Notes under the pieces: generated by a model
Databases searched by the model: none
What the model saw: only the letters and a program-made list of their open reading frames with translations
Told to the model about the DNA's origin: nothing
IMG/VR virus record: IMGVR_UViG_3300035034_000924
Span: 21,399 to 85,398 of that record
Source of the DNA: a virus
Reading direction: 5' to 3' (one strand)
Length of the DNA stretch: 64,000 nt
Translations under genes and position numbers: made by a program
Part shown: in pieces, positions 63,265-64,000 of the stretch
How the letters are laid out: the number at the start of each line of letters is the position of its first letter
Numbering within the stretch: the stretch's first letter is position 1

Positions 63265-63278
63265 TGCAAACGTTTGTA
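63265..63278. repeat. Dispersed palindrome, 1 mismatch
   Basis: TGCAAACGTTTGTA, intergenic. Confidence 0.8.
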
Positions 63279-63339
63279 TCCCGCCTCGTGCGGGGGCATT
63301 CTAATACCTCAACCAATCACCCACATAAGGGGAAGCAAG

Positions 63340-63513
63340 ATGAGTGAAGTTACAGAAGCGATTGAAGTGCAGATGGAGAAGACCAAAGAGACCAAGCGAA
63401 TGGTGCGTTACGACTGTGTGCGGGACGACGTACCTGTGAATAACATCTACATCATGAAGTCCGATCTTCCTGACGAGCACCCCAAACAGGTCACTGTTAC
63501 GGTAACCTTCTAA
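63340..63513 (+). CDS. Hypothetical protein
   Basis: CACATAAGGGG leader; KETK-x-x-VRY...IYI-x-K...P-x-x-V-x-VT motif. Confidence 0.55.
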   Translation: MSEVTEAIEVQMEKTKETKRMVRYDCVRDDVPVNNIYIMKSDLPDEHPKQVTVTVTF

Positions 63514-63553
63514 CCCATCGCGCCCTTCGGGGCGCATAACCATCACCACAAGA

Positions 63554-63832
63554 GTGAGACACCTGATGGAACGTGATGAAATGGTAAATTACCATGCGAT
63601 AGCCGTATTCTCCGCTACACTGGAGCGCGGGGGCCTGACCATAGACGGCGCGAAGATGAATGCACTGGAAAGCCTGCTAGACGTATGTATCGGAGACGCA
63701 CTATTAGAGGCAGAGATGCAAAATGCAGCGGGCATAGATTACTGCTTGAACTACGAAGCCATTGACCAGCAAGGCAAAGAGAACGTATCAATGGGCCTAC
63801 TGCCTACGATACTAGAAAAGATGCTGGAGTAA
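63554..63832 (+). CDS. Hypothetical protein
   Basis: 92-aa ORF between non-coding blocks. Confidence 0.45.
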   Translation: MRHLMERDEMVNYHAIAVFSATLERGGLTIDGAKMNALESLLDVCIGDALLEAEMQNAAGIDYCLNYEAIDQQGKENVSMGLLPTILEKMLE

Positions 63833-64000
63833 CCACCCTATCCCACCGGCAGGTAATCTATATAACAGTATCGTGGAACGTGGGGTCGTGGGTGTACTGT
63901 ACAGATGTCCGTGGACTGACGTGGAACTGAACTGACGTGGATGTGCGTATATCGTGAAAGGAGTTGCGCCTATGACGGTGGCGGGCCATTATACGAACTC

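Noticed and set aside
4456-63278. Palindrome explained as a repeated protein motif or a plain promoter operator
   Set aside because: It occurs in three reading frames in unrelated proteins, and most copies lie inside CDSs away from promoters.
1-64000. Prophage or temperate lifestyle call
   Set aside because: No integrase, repressor switch, att site or flanking host genes are visible in this window, so lifestyle cannot be determined.

Overview
This window is 64 kb of a large tailed dsDNA phage genome, probably siphovirus-like, with a Gram-negative host (i-/o-spanins present). Every credible gene is on the + strand. Gene order: tape measure (5'-truncated), tail tip/baseplate genes and an S74-chaperone tail fibre; a PAS protein and an ethylene-receptor-like membrane protein; lysis cassette; Ycf46-type AAA ATPase/DUF1257/DUF2997 module; replication block (O-like initiator with iterons, DnaC-like, DnaB, family A polymerase with UDG-like domain and intein, primase, SSB, SF2 helicase); recombination block (RecA, PD-(D/E)xK nucleases, RuvC); histone-H1-like protein; ParB/methyltransferase/CmoA-like cluster; TerS and intein-containing TerL; then about 14 kb of small early-type genes and repetitive non-coding blocks. 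Top observations: (1) a 14-bp palindrome TGCAAACGTTTGCA recurring about every 3 kb (20 copies found by eye, in all three codon frames); (2) an HNH endonuclease encoded in the +1 frame inside the polymerase intein; (3) a stand-alone ETR1-like Cys/His membrane sensor next to a PAS protein upstream of the lysis genes; (4) a second palindromic operator shared between putative iterons and three intergenic sites; (5) Arg-rich terminal tails on most replication and packaging proteins. All family assignments come from motif recognition by eye; no database search was run.
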